A DNA stretch of 60,664 bases, counting the filler. It is 6 parts of 6 records of this genome, joined end to end, with 100 filler letters (N's around TTAATTAATTAA, not from the genome) between each part and the next. Parts side by side here need not be neighbours in the genome. Positions count along the whole stretch, not along the records: positions 38,091 to 44,151 come from SRR31156797_13757; positions 44,252 to 52,660 come from SRR31156797_13763; 4 more parts are not named here. One strand, 5' to 3'. The notes under the pieces are model-generated. The model was not told the origin of the DNA. It saw only the letters and a list, made by a program, of their open reading frames with translations, and did no database searches. The translations under genes and the position numbers were made by a program. Shown here in pieces: positions 40,844 through 50,395 of this stretch; within the stretch, counting starts at the first letter, position 1, and each line of letters begins with the position of its first letter.

Positions 40844-41137
40844 ATGTTTAACGTAACTGTTCCCGAAGAGATGCTTGAAAAGCTCCGGGATATGCTTGAA
40901 GACGAAGATGAAGAAAGCTGCGTTCGCCTGAGAGAATACAAAGTAGGCGGCGGCTGACACGCTAAAATCGTGCTCGGTCTGGGCATTGACGAAGCGGATG
41001 AAGATGAAGACGTACAGGTTGAAGTCAGCGATGTTCCCTTTATCGCGGAAGAAGACTTCCTCACCAAATACGGCAAAGATTTTTCCCTCACTTTCAGCGA
41101 GAACAAGGAAGTCGTACTGACTGCACTCAGCGCATAA
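40844..41137 (+). CDS. HesB/IscA/ErpA-like selenoprotein (Sec at TGA 40955-40957), 97 aa
   Basis: GGAGA RBS; MFNVTV...CVRLREYKVGGG-U-HAKIVLGLGIDE; 59 further open codons after TGA; downstream SECIS-like hairpin. Confidence 0.82.
40970..40986 (+). promoter_or_regulatory. Putative bacterial SECIS element
   Basis: GTGCTC/GGGCAT stem with G-initial loop GGTCT; loop begins 18 nt after the UGA. Confidence 0.65.
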
Positions 41138-41188
41138 CTCCTTGACAGAACCATATACCCCTTAAGCGAAAACCCCTTTCGCGAAATT

Positions 41189-41225
41189 AATGGACCTGCG
41201 ACCTCCCTTGCAGGTCCATTTTTTA
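41189..41225 (+). terminator. Terminator ending the GRE-activase-accessory operon
   Basis: AATGGACCTGC-loop-GCAGGTCCATT followed by a T-run. Confidence 0.8.
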
Positions 41226-41235
41226 TTCACTGCCC

Positions 41236-41350
41236 CCTCGGTTGCAAAACTGAAACCACTCAACCTCGGTTGCAAAACTGCACAAAGTGATTACTCCCCG
41301 TTTTACTTGGATAAACCGGTCTTGGCTCCTTCCGGTTTCCAAAATGCAAC
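41236..41350. promoter_or_regulatory. Three putative sigma54 enhancer (UAS) sites, consensus GTTGCA-N4-TGCAAC
   Basis: 41241-41256, 41269-41284, 41335-41350; the first two lie in an exact 17-bp direct repeat CCTCGGTTGCAAAACTG. Confidence 0.65.
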
Positions 41351-41437
41351 ATCGACACAATTACCTACCAATATCATCCAAAAACAGCTGTCCTCCAAAA
41401 GTATTCAATTACAGCTACTTACGTAGCTTGTTCATTT

Positions 41438-41453
41438 TGGCACACTCCATGCT
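41438..41453 (+). promoter_or_regulatory. sigma54 (-24/-12) promoter of the islA-like gene
   Basis: TGGCACACTCCATGCT, GG-N10-GC spacing. Confidence 0.75.
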
Positions 41454-41522
41454 CAAGGAAAAACAATTCGCCCACAATTGTGGTCAAAAATTTTCCACAG
41501 TAAACATAGAAGGAGAATCCAA

Positions 41523-44003
41523 ATGGAATGTTGTCGTTCACCTCATGAGCAGATGCTCGAAGATAAGATTGCAGGTAAAGCTAACCCTTTCCGCGAAACT
41601 CACAAACGCGTTTTCAAAATTCTCGATACCATTGAGAACCAGAAACCCGCCATTGACGTTGAGCGCGCTCTTTACTTCACCAAATCCATGGAAAAAACCG
41701 AAGGCCAGCCCCTGATCCTGCGCTGGGCCAAAGCCATGAAGAACGTTGCTGAAAACATCACCGTATACATTGATGATGACAACCTTCTCTGCGGTCGCGC
41801 AGGCTACCCCGGTCGTTACGGCATCCTCTACCCTGAACTTGACGGTGACTTCCTCGACATGGCTGTTGAAGAACTTCCCAAACGTTCCGGTTCCCCCTTC
41901 TCCATTACTGAAGAAGACGCTAAAATCGTTATTGAAGAAATCGCTCCTTTCTGGAAAGGAAAAACCTACCACGAAGCACTGAACCAGGCTCTGCCCGAAG
42001 ATGTTCACGCTCTGACCTACGATGATCCAGAAGGGCTCATCTCCCGCTTCATCGTTAACGAAACTTCTTCCTTCCGCTCCTCCCTGCAGTGGGTTCACGA
42101 CTTCGAAAAGATCCTGAAACGCGGTTTCGGCGGCATCCGTGCAGAAGCACAGGAAAGACTCGACAACATCGATACTTTCTCCCCCAAAGCCAACACTCAG
42201 GAAATCCCTTTCCTCGAAGCTATCGTCATCATCTGCGACGCAGTAGTTCTCTGGGCTAACCGCCATGCAGATCTCGCTGCTGAAAAAGCTGCTGCTGAAA
42301 CTGATCCCACCCGCAAAGCTGAACTGGAAACCATGGCTGCAATCTGCCGCAAGGTTCCCGAACAGCCTGCTACCAACTTTCACGAAGCTGTACAGTCCCA
42401 GTGGTTCACCCAGATGTTCTCCCGTCTCGAGCAGAAGACCGGTACCATCATCTCCAACGGCCGCATGGACCAGTACCTCTACCCCTACTACGAGCAGGAT
42501 GTAGAAGCCGGTATTCTCACCGACGATCAGGCTATTGAATTCATCGAATGCATGTACGTAGGCATGGCTCAGTTCATCGACCTCTACATCTCCCCTCAGG
42601 GCGGCGCATTCAACGAAGGCTACGCACACTGGGAAGCTGTTACCGTCGGTGGTCAGACCAAAGACGGCATTGATGCAACTAACGATCTCACTTACCTGTT
42701 CCTGCGTTCCAAGCGTGAGTTCCCGCATCACTACCCCGACCTCGCTGCACGTATCCACGCACGTTCCCCCGAACGTTTCCTTGCTGAAGTTGCTGAAACC
42801 ATCAAAGAAGGTTCCGGCTTCCCGAAACTGATCAACGATGAAGAAGTAATTCCCCTGCACCTCTCCAAGGGCGCTAAGTTCGAAGAAATTTACGACTACG
42901 CTGTATCCGGTTGCGCTGAAATCAGAATGCCCAACCGCGACACCTACACTTCCGGTAACCCCTACATCAACTTTGCAGCAGCAGTTGAGATGGTTCTTTA
43001 CAACGGAAAGATGCAGAAATACGGCGACAAGCAGCTTTCCATTGAAACCGGTGATCCTTGTTCCTTCAAGACTTGGGATGAGTTCTACGATGCTTACAAA
43101 GCACAGCACAATAACTTCCTGAAGAACGCTTTTGTTCAGCAGGCTAATGTTATCCGTCTGCGTAAAAACCACTTCGCAACACCTTTCGGTTCCGCAATGC
43201 ACGACCTGTGCATGGAAAGCTGCACCGACCTGCACCAGCCCGACGTACCCGGCGGAATCGACCTCGGTTACTTCGAATTCATGGGCCTCGGTACTGTTGT
43301 TGACTCCCTCGTTGCCATCAAGAAGCTTGTCTTCGAAGACAAAGCTCTGACCATGGAACAGGTTATCGAAGCTTGTAAGGCAAACTTCGAAGGTCACGAA
43401 GACGTTCGCGCAATGCTCCAGAACATCCCCTGCTACGGCAACAATGATCCTTACCCGGATTCCATTGCCAAGGAACTGGATGAACTCTGCGTAAGCTTCG
43501 CCAACAAATACCAGATGGAACTCGGCGTACACCTCGACGTTCGTTACGTGCCTTTCACTTCCCACGTGCCTTTCGGTAAAGTTGTATCCGCTACTCCTAA
43601 CGGACGTTACGCATACACCCCGCTTTCCGACGGTTCCTCCGCATCCCACGGTGCAGACAAGAACGGTCCTACCGCGGTTATGCTCTCCAACTACACCACC
43701 AAGAACTTCAACTACCGTGAACGTGCAGCACGTCTGGTAAACATCAAGTTCACCCCTAAATGTGTAGAAGGCGAAGAAGGCACCAAGAAACTGGTCGACT
43801 TCATCCGTACTTACTGCGACCTGCGCCTCTGGCACATCCAGTTCAACGTGGTCAACGCAGACACCCTGAAGAAAGCACAGGAAAACCCCGAGCAGTACCG
43901 CGACCTGATCGTACGTATCGCCGGTTACTCCGCATACTTCTGCGACCTGTCCAAAGATCTTCAGGATGACCTGATCAGAAGAACCGCACACGAAACCATC
44001 TAG
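41523..44003 (+). CDS. islA: Isethionate sulfite-lyase-like glycyl radical enzyme (IslA/IseG clade)
   Basis: Start at ATG 41523 after [47 protein letters not shown] match remembered IslA/IseG motifs. Confidence 0.82.
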   Translation: MECCRSPHEQMLEDKIAGKANPFRETHKRVFKILDTIENQKPAIDVERALYFTKSMEKTEGQPLILRWAKAMKNVAENITVYIDDDNLLCGRAGYPGRYGILYPELDGDFLDMAVEELPKRSGSPFSITEEDAKIVIEEIAPFWKGKTYHEALNQALPEDVHALTYDDPEGLISRFIVNETSSFRSSLQWVHDFEKILKRGFGGIRAEAQERLDNIDTFSPKANTQEIPFLEAIVIICDAVVLWANRHADLAAEKAAAETDPTRKAELETMAAICRKVPEQPATNFHEAVQSQWFTQMFSRLEQKTGTIISNGRMDQYLYPYYEQDVEAGILTDDQAIEFIECMYVGMAQFIDLYISPQGGAFNEGYAHWEAVTVGGQTKDGIDATNDLTYLFLRSKREFPHHYPDLAARIHARSPERFLAEVAETIKEGSGFPKLINDEEVIPLHLSKGAKFEEIYDYAVSGCAEIRMPNRDTYTSGNPYINFAAAVEMVLYNGKMQKYGDKQLSIETGDPCSFKTWDEFYDAYKAQHNNFLKNAFVQQANVIRLRKNHFATPFGSAMHDLCMESCTDLHQPDVPGGIDLGYFEFMGLGTVVDSLVAIKKLVFEDKALTMEQVIEACKANFEGHEDVRAMLQNIPCYGNNDPYPDSIAKELDELCVSFANKYQMELGVHLDVRYVPFTSHVPFGKVVSATPNGRYAYTPLSDGSSASHGADKNGPTAVMLSNYTTKNFNYRERAARLVNIKFTPKCVEGEEGTKKLVDFIRTYCDLRLWHIQFNVVNADTLKKAQENPEQYRDLIVRIAGYSAYFCDLSKDLQDDLIRRTAHETI

Positions 44004-44052
44004 TAGTATTGAGATAAATCAACACCCCTTTATGGCCTCATACGTGAGTCCG

Positions 44053-44089
44053 GTCGGCGGGCTGATCCTCCTCAGCCCGCCGACTTTTT
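44053..44089 (+). terminator. Terminator after the islA-like gene
   Basis: 13-bp stem GTCGGCGGGCTGA/TCAGCCCGCCGAC, loop TCCTCC, T-run. Confidence 0.85.
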
Positions 44090-44151
44090 AAATTTGAGGC
44101 GCTCAGCGCTTTAAGTCTTCAGATTTCGCCTCCGGCGGCCAAAGGAGCTAA

Positions 44152-44251
44152 NNNNNNNNNNNNNNNNNNNNNNNNNNNNNNNNNNNNNNNNNNNNTTAAT
44201 TAATTAANNNNNNNNNNNNNNNNNNNNNNNNNNNNNNNNNNNNNNNNNNNN
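44152..44251. other. Artificial contig spacer
   Basis: N-run with TTAATTAATTAA. Confidence 0.98.
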
Positions 44252-44252
44252 T

Positions 44253-45350
44253 CATGAAGGGGATTATGTTATCCTTGGCGTGTCAAGTATCTATGGGGAT
44301 TCCTGGAGTGCTATACTTGCTAATAATACAGATATTTCCAACAATACTGTTTTTGATGACAGGTTAAATGTTACAGCTTTTGAAATTGTAACAGGCAATG
44401 ATATTCCCTCACCATATACTACTCTGAGCGTTGCAATATCTAATGCTACAGATTTTTTACCTGTGACAACCACATGGATAAATGCTACATTTGACTTTAA
44501 GGACAGGCCGGCTGATGAAGTTTACATTGATGAAAGAGCTCATTTTGCACTGGAAATTACTAACAAAAAAAGTATTTCTCTTGATGAAGTGAGTATCAGC
44601 AGGATTTTTCCTCAGGAACTGGTACTGGATCCTGACTCTGATAATATATGGAACCTTACATTTGATCCTTATGAGAAAAAAACTCTTGAGTATTCACTTA
44701 AGGCTCTTAAACCTGGAACTTATAATATTAGCGGCTCATTGATTGCAGTCCAGTATGATGGAAGAGGCTATTCAAGGCAGTTGAACGAATCAAACCTGAC
44801 AATACATGGCCCTTTTATAAATTTGAGTAAATCTTTTTCCAGTGACACTGTCAGTTTAAACGATGAAGTTAATTTTGTTCTAAACATAACAAATGAAGGG
44901 GACAGGGCAGCCCATGTTACAGTTTCAGACCAGCTTCCATTGGGTGCTGTTCTCCTTTCAGGTGAGATGGATCTAAGACGTGTTCTCCCTGCAGAAGAAA
45001 GTATCTCTTTAAATTATTCAGTACGTATGGATAAGGCAGGGGACATCGTGGTCCCTGCATCACAGGTCCGGTTTATTGATTCAAAAGAGTATGAAGGGAC
45101 AGTATATTCATCAAAGCAATTAATCCATGTTCAGGATCCCAATGAAGCTTTCTCTGGTGCTTATGATGAAGAAGCTTATTTGAATGACACATATGAACCT
45201 GATGAATATACAGATGGATTATCGCAAACCGGGAAAAATATCACTGAAGCTGCTGAATTAAAAGAAGATCATGGTAAGTTACAGTTCCTGTATGATATTC
45301 TGGATTCAATTACAGGCTTTTTGAAAAATACCAAAGACAAAATACTATGA
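44253..45350 (+). CDS. Archaeal cell-surface protein with DUF11/BatD-like Ig domains (5' truncated)
   Basis: Open from the contig edge; LSKS..V..NITNEGDRAAHVTVSDQLP motif; many N-x-S/T sequons. Confidence 0.6.
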   Translation, partial: HEGDYVILGVSSIYGDSWSAILANNTDISNNTVFDDRLNVTAFEIVTGNDIPSPYTTLSVAISNATDFLPVTTTWINATFDFKDRPADEVYIDERAHFALEITNKKSISLDEVSISRIFPQELVLDPDSDNIWNLTFDPYEKKTLEYSLKALKPGTYNISGSLIAVQYDGRGYSRQLNESNLTIHGPFINLSKSFSSDTVSLNDEVNFVLNITNEGDRAAHVTVSDQLPLGAVLLSGEMDLRRVLPAEESISLNYSVRMDKAGDIVVPASQVRFIDSKEYEGTVYSSKQLIHVQDPNEAFSGAYDEEAYLNDTYEPDEYTDGLSQTGKNITEAAELKEDHGKLQFLYDILDSITGFLKNTKDKIL

Positions 45351-45411
45351 GCGCAAACTCTCATAAAAAAGCATTGATATTTGTTCTTTTTATATTTGGT
45401 AAAATGTTTCC

Positions 45412-46422
45412 ATGACCCGATCCAACAAAAATGTGCATAATCACAGGAAAAATCATAATTCATCTTTAATCCTGACCCACGGTGATTCTGACGGTGTTTG
45501 CTCAGGTGCTATTGCAAAGAATGCTTATCCTGATGCAGACGTCTATTTTACATCTCCTATCGGTGTGATTGACGATCTTCAACTTGCAGGGAATTATAAG
45601 AATGTGATAATCTGCGATATTGCTGTGGACGAAAGCAAGTGTTCAGAGCTTTTCAGAAGATTGAATGAGCTTGCTGAAACTGCAAACCTCACATATATTG
45701 ACCATCATCCACTGCCGCAGAAATGCTCTCATCCCGAGTGGTTTCATCATGATCCGACGGTTTGTGCATCAGAGCTGACATACAAAGTCCTGGAAAAAAG
45801 ACTTAACAGGGACATGCGCAGGGTTGCTATCTATGGTGCCATTGGTGATTATTATGACAACACTCCTTCCGTGAAAGAGTGGCTTCGTGACTGGGACAAA
45901 CGCAGTCTTTTTTTCCAGGCAGGGACGCTTATACAGGCACTTATATTTTCAGGACGTAATTATGATTTTAAGAGGAAATTGGTTCTTCCACTGTCCCATG
46001 ATAAAATACCTACGGAGATACCGCATGTACTTAATTATGCTAGGGAAGGTGCGGAACTTGAGGAAAGCCTGCGCATACGTGTGAAAAAAGAGGTCAGGTC
46101 TCTTCGAAACCTGGCGTACGTTGTGGATCCGGAAGGTTACATGTCTAAATCTGCCATATATGCAGCTTCATATGGACGTAAAGATGTAGGTCTGGCAGCG
46201 GAATTCCGACATAAGAGAAATGCTTATGATATGAGCCTGCGTTCAAGGGATACAGTGGATCTTAACAAGCTGTTGCGTCGTATTGCACCGCAGTTCGGAG
46301 GTAGTGGTGGAGGCCATGCAGCAGCAGCAGGTGCCAGGGTACCAAAGGAATCCTTTGATGAATTTATCCATGAACTAGACAGGGCTATTGGGGAAGAAGA
46401 ACGTAAGAATGAAGGGAACTAG
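45412..46422 (+). CDS. DHH/DHHA1 family phosphoesterase
   Basis: THGDSDG, ICDI, IDHH, GGGHAAAAG. Confidence 0.9.
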   Translation: MTRSNKNVHNHRKNHNSSLILTHGDSDGVCSGAIAKNAYPDADVYFTSPIGVIDDLQLAGNYKNVIICDIAVDESKCSELFRRLNELAETANLTYIDHHPLPQKCSHPEWFHHDPTVCASELTYKVLEKRLNRDMRRVAIYGAIGDYYDNTPSVKEWLRDWDKRSLFFQAGTLIQALIFSGRNYDFKRKLVLPLSHDKIPTEIPHVLNYAREGAELEESLRIRVKKEVRSLRNLAYVVDPEGYMSKSAIYAASYGRKDVGLAAEFRHKRNAYDMSLRSRDTVDLNKLLRRIAPQFGGSGGGHAAAAGARVPKESFDEFIHELDRAIGEEERKNEGN

Positions 46423-46431
46423 TGGTAAAAA

Positions 46432-47058
46432 ATGGCAAGAAAAGTTGATAATCAGGAAGGTGTGAATTTCGAGGTTCTTTTTGCTGGCAGGTCAAATGTT
46501 GGCAAATCCTCTATTATCAGAAAGATCACCGGAAAGAACGTAAAAGTGGGCAAGCGCCCGGGTGTGACACTAAAGCCTACGCATATTCGTAATTCTGACC
46601 TGCTCATTACCGATCTTCCGGGTTTTGGGTTTATGAGTGGTGTTAAGGATCGTAAACAGGATATTGTTAAGGACCAGATCGTACGCTACATTGAGGATAA
46701 TGCAGAAAGGATAAGTATTGTGGTTCTTGTGATCGATGGGGCTACTTTTCTTGACATTGTCCAGCGCTGGGAAGACAGAAATGAGATGCCGATTGATATT
46801 GAATTATTTGAGTTGTTCCGGGAACTTGGGATCGACACAATACTGGCTGTGAATAAGACTGATAAGATAGATGATTCAGAATTTGATAAAACTCTTGATG
46901 GTATCTGCGAAAAGCTTAATATGCTGCCACCATGGAAGCAGTGGCTTGATACTGTTGCTCCTGTCTGCGCCAAGAAAGATGATCTTAAGGCTTTGAAGTC
47001 ACTCATCAGACAGCGCCTGCATAGTGCAAAAAGGGATGATCTGTTCAGGTATTTCTGA
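46432..47058 (+). CDS. engB: GTP-binding protein EngB/YsxC family
   Basis: GRSNVGKS, PGVT, DLPGFG, NKTD; archaeal-type PPWKQW. Confidence 0.9.
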   Translation: MARKVDNQEGVNFEVLFAGRSNVGKSSIIRKITGKNVKVGKRPGVTLKPTHIRNSDLLITDLPGFGFMSGVKDRKQDIVKDQIVRYIEDNAERISIVVLVIDGATFLDIVQRWEDRNEMPIDIELFELFRELGIDTILAVNKTDKIDDSEFDKTLDGICEKLNMLPPWKQWLDTVAPVCAKKDDLKALKSLIRQRLHSAKRDDLFRYF

Positions 47059-47080
47059 ACGATTTCACCATAAATTTAAG

Positions 47081-47698
47081 TTACCTGACCCTAAAGGAAG
47101 CACCAATATTGTTTGCTATTCTTTCACATTCTTCTATGTCGATTTCATTGTCGCCTACAACTGTCATCCGTGTTTTAATTCCTGCCTGGACTGCTCTTTT
47201 TGCAAAATCAAGCATTGCATCGTAGGATCCTACAAAAGCAGGTTTGCAGAGTTCATTGTATTTCTCTTCGGATTCGGCATTAAGACTTATAGAAACATCA
47301 TCAAGACCTGCGGATTTTAATTCAGAAACGACGTCTCTGCCCGGATTCATGAGTGCTGCGTGGCCATTGGTGTCAAGCCTGACAATTATACCTTTGTCGT
47401 GCAGCCATTTTGTTATGTGAAGTACTGTATCGAAGCGACAGGCCGGTTCACCAAAACCAGTAAAAACGACCTCATGATATCTTTTAAGGTCATGGCCTTC
47501 AAGGTCTCTGATTATCTCTTCTTCTGTAGGTTCCCTTGAAAGGCGGAGGTTGTAGCCATACACGCCATCACACAGGTCCCTGATACAGAACACACAGTTG
47601 GCACTGCACTGGTTGGTTATGTTGAGGTAAAGGTTCCCGAATGCCTCATAGCTTATTGTGCCTTTGAACATTGGAATGCTGTTCTTATTGTCTGGCAT
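47081..47698 (-). CDS. TatD-associated type radical SAM protein
   Basis: LYLNITNQCSANCVFCIR, EVVFTGFGEP, RLDTNG. Confidence 0.85.
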   Translation of the reverse strand: MPDNKNSIPMFKGTISYEAFGNLYLNITNQCSANCVFCIRDLCDGVYGYNLRLSREPTEEEIIRDLEGHDLKRYHEVVFTGFGEPACRFDTVLHITKWLHDKGIIVRLDTNGHAALMNPGRDVVSELKSAGLDDVSISLNAESEEKYNELCKPAFVGSYDAMLDFAKRAVQAGIKTRMTVVGDNEIDIEECERIANNIGASFRVR

Positions 47699-47744
47699 TT
47701 GTCCTCTCCACTTTTTTCTTTTTTCCTGTTATGGTGCTCCGGTT

Positions 47745-48101
47745 TTATCTGCCGGTCCAGTTCCCGTCAGGAACTATCCTGTATTCCAGAGGTGGTATCT
47801 TTCTAAGAAAATACATCAGTGCTGTGATTCCTGCTTTAAGTTCCACTTCTTCACGGAAATACCAGTCTCCTTCATATGTATCGAGGTTTATGAGTGTTTG
47901 CTCGTCGACATCGTAGACCTCTCCATGTATTGATGCAGCCCCGTCTGATAATTCCTCTTTAAGAACTCCGGGGAAGCGCTCCATGTCGAGCATGGTGTAT
48001 GATTCCTTTGTTGCTGTGGAACAGATGAATTCTGAACCGTTCAACAAATAGTGATTCGGATCGCCTTTTTTCAGGGTTCCGTAGACGAATATATACATCA
48101 A
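47745..48101 (-). CDS. Gamma-glutamylcyclotransferase-family protein
   Basis: IFVYGTLKKG, GEVY, LDTYEG. Confidence 0.85.
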   Translation of the reverse strand: MMYIFVYGTLKKGDPNHYLLNGSEFICSTATKESYTMLDMERFPGVLKEELSDGAASIHGEVYDVDEQTLINLDTYEGDWYFREEVELKAGITALMYFLRKIPPLEYRIVPDGNWTGR

Positions 48102-49288
48102 CTGAGTCCTACGTTCAGCTTCATCAATGTCTTTTTAACCGGATCAGGAAGCTGTCCGCACTGTATAGCCTTCATCTGTTCAGGACTTATCATTTTAATA
48201 GCTGTGGTCATAAGCCTGTCGGAGAGCATGAGCTTGTCCATCAGTTTGCGGACGTAGACTGCTGTCCTGATTTCAAGTCCCATCTGTTTTCTCCATCTTG
48301 TCTCGTATTCCTGGAGGTTGCATTTGCCTGCGAGGAATTCTGCTGCTGTCTCTCCTGCAAGCTTCCCTCCCACCATAGCTGTGGATATGCCTCCTCCGTT
48401 GGTTGCTATAATATGTCCGGCTGCATCACCTGCTATGAGTGTGTTATGGGTTGCGGTTACCTTTGGTGCACCACCTACGGGAACAAGTCCGGCGATAACT
48501 GAGGTTATGGATGCACCGCTGAGCCTTTCGCTTGCTATGGGGTGCTTGTACATGAAACGTTCGAGGTAGTCCCTTGCGCAGAGGTGCTCTTCAAAGAGCG
48601 CTTCCCTGATGCCCACTCCGATGTTGGCAGTGTCTCCGCCCTGTGATATGATCCACGCGTATCCTCCGGGGACATAATCCTTGCCGAAGTACATCTCTAC
48701 GGCGTCCTTATCGATGTCCACACCTGTAAGTTCGTATTCGAAGGCTGTACCTGTTCCCATTGGGTCAGCATCACGTAACATATTGTTTGCCTTTGCGACC
48801 ATGGAGTTTGGTCCGTCGGCGCCTATGATCACTTTTCCTTCGACCTCGAACGCACCGAATGCGCCATCCATTAAGAGCTTTGTGTCGTTGACCTCGGTGA
48901 CATTCGTTCCTACAAGAAGCTCTGCACCTGCTCTGGCTGCTTCTTTTGCAAGGTGTTTGTCAAAACGTCTTCTGTCTATCGCATCGGCGTCTACGTCAAA
49001 ACCTTTGGAAATACCATTGGGTGCTATGAAACGCTGGTATGTAGCTGTGGCGTGTATGCAGTCCGATGGTATCTCTTCAAGTGTTACCGGGAGCTCGGCA
49101 TTGGGTACAAGTTCCTGCAATACAGGATAGTGAGGAAGGAAACCTCCGCATTGCAGAGGTACTCCTATGTCCTTCTTTTTTTCTACAAGGAGTACGGAGA
49201 GGTCGTTCTCTGCTGCGTACATAGCTGCCGTGGAGCCTGCAGGGCCTGCGCCGACAACGATAACATCATATGAGTTTTCAGGGGTCAT
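48098..49288 (-). CDS. Geranylgeranyl reductase-family flavoprotein (archaeal lipid DGGGPL reductase-like)
   Basis: VVGAGPAG, PLQCGG, IGADG, PGGYAW, GDAAG...GGGI. Confidence 0.88.
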   Translation of the reverse strand: MTPENSYDVIVVGAGPAGSTAAMYAAENDLSVLLVEKKKDIGVPLQCGGFLPHYPVLQELVPNAELPVTLEEIPSDCIHATATYQRFIAPNGISKGFDVDADAIDRRRFDKHLAKEAARAGAELLVGTNVTEVNDTKLLMDGAFGAFEVEGKVIIGADGPNSMVAKANNMLRDADPMGTGTAFEYELTGVDIDKDAVEMYFGKDYVPGGYAWIISQGGDTANIGVGIREALFEEHLCARDYLERFMYKHPIASERLSGASITSVIAGLVPVGGAPKVTATHNTLIAGDAAGHIIATNGGGISTAMVGGKLAGETAAEFLAGKCNLQEYETRWRKQMGLEIRTAVYVRKLMDKLMLSDRLMTTAIKMISPEQMKAIQCGQLPDPVKKTLMKLNVGLS

Positions 49289-49484
49289 GGTACTTTTTTG
49301 CTTTTATACTTTTATTCATGCCTTTATGCATTTGTCTTCTGGTTAGATGTATGGAGATGTACGGGGTTTTTGGGTGTTCGTGTGGTTCTGTTCCACCGCA
49401 ATCTCTTTTATCATTGGCTCAATATCTTATCACAAAACACATTCTATTAGATATATCTAACTATTATCCATTATGGTGAGAGAT

Positions 49485-50225
49485 ATGGTACGCGAACACA
49501 GGAATAATGTATGGGTAGTGCGCACAGGTTATTGTGGACTTCAGGAAAAGACCTGCATAGAGAGAGATTTTATTTCCTTTGACCTGAACCTGCATATCAT
49601 GGATCTTTTCGGAAATGAACTGATGGAGATGAAACACCAGCCACATAGCTACAAGAAATACCTGCATTTTGGCGATAAGTACAGGGATTTTGATCAGAAG
49701 TTCAGAAAAGAGTTCGAGGATGCGCTCAAGAATGTCGATCAGTCAAAAGACAGGCCTGAGATGATCAGGAAGATGAAAGGTCTTAACAGCAAACTTCAGA
49801 AGTTCGATGAGGAGGTCAAACAGTTCGATGCCACTATGCATGAGTTCGATGAGTTCGAGAGGCTGGAGCAGATGAAAAAAGCACTGCTGGAGAGAATGAG
49901 CACTCCTCCTGTGGATATGCTTGAGATCTGGGCAAAGGATGTGCTTCATTTTGTGAACGATATAAGGATTTATGATCTCATTGCGATCCCTCTCATGTCC
50001 GACAGGCAGGTGGCCATTGGCAGGGTGCGGGATAATTACAAGTACCGTGAAGGAAAGGGTGTTCTGAGCCATAGCAGGAAGATGGACTGGCATGATACCA
50101 GGGTTCCTTTTGAGAATATGTTCCACGGTTTTGAGGCGATACTGGACTCTCCGGCATCGATCACACTTCTTGAAGGCAATGACAGGGAGTTCGTTAAGGG
50201 TATTGTTGTGGACGATACTTTCTGA
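49485..50225 (+). CDS. Hypothetical protein resembling a restriction-system N-terminal domain with a coiled-coil insert
   Basis: ATG after GGTGA; VWVVRTG ... DLIAIP..VAIGRV...Y.Y...HSRKMDW pattern around a charged helical middle. Confidence 0.55.
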   Translation: MVREHRNNVWVVRTGYCGLQEKTCIERDFISFDLNLHIMDLFGNELMEMKHQPHSYKKYLHFGDKYRDFDQKFRKEFEDALKNVDQSKDRPEMIRKMKGLNSKLQKFDEEVKQFDATMHEFDEFERLEQMKKALLERMSTPPVDMLEIWAKDVLHFVNDIRIYDLIAIPLMSDRQVAIGRVRDNYKYREGKGVLSHSRKMDWHDTRVPFENMFHGFEAILDSPASITLLEGNDREFVKGIVVDDTF

Positions 50226-50395
50226 GACAGTCTTAAACTCTCTGGAATATGGTCAATTCTGACCTTTCTAAGTCTTTTTTTCGCTCCGCTGGCAAAAGAT
50301 TCTTAAAGACCTATGCGTATAGCGTGCAGGTAATTCAATTCACAGATTCCATTAATGGATCTTACTATTAATCAAATAACATCGAGTTGATCGAT

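Noticed and set aside
38152-43991. Minus-strand ORFs 38152-39135 and 41538-43991 (817 aa)
   Set aside because: Codon-aligned antisense of strongly biased GRE genes; no independent protein features.
44120-44151. GCCTCCGGCGGCC at the contig end, reminiscent of Desulfovibrio intergenic repeats
   Set aside because: Truncated and single-copy here; cannot be supported.
46420-46428. UAG stop in a possibly pyrrolysine-using methanogen (DHH gene)
   Set aside because: Read-through meets TAA after one codon and the domain is already complete.
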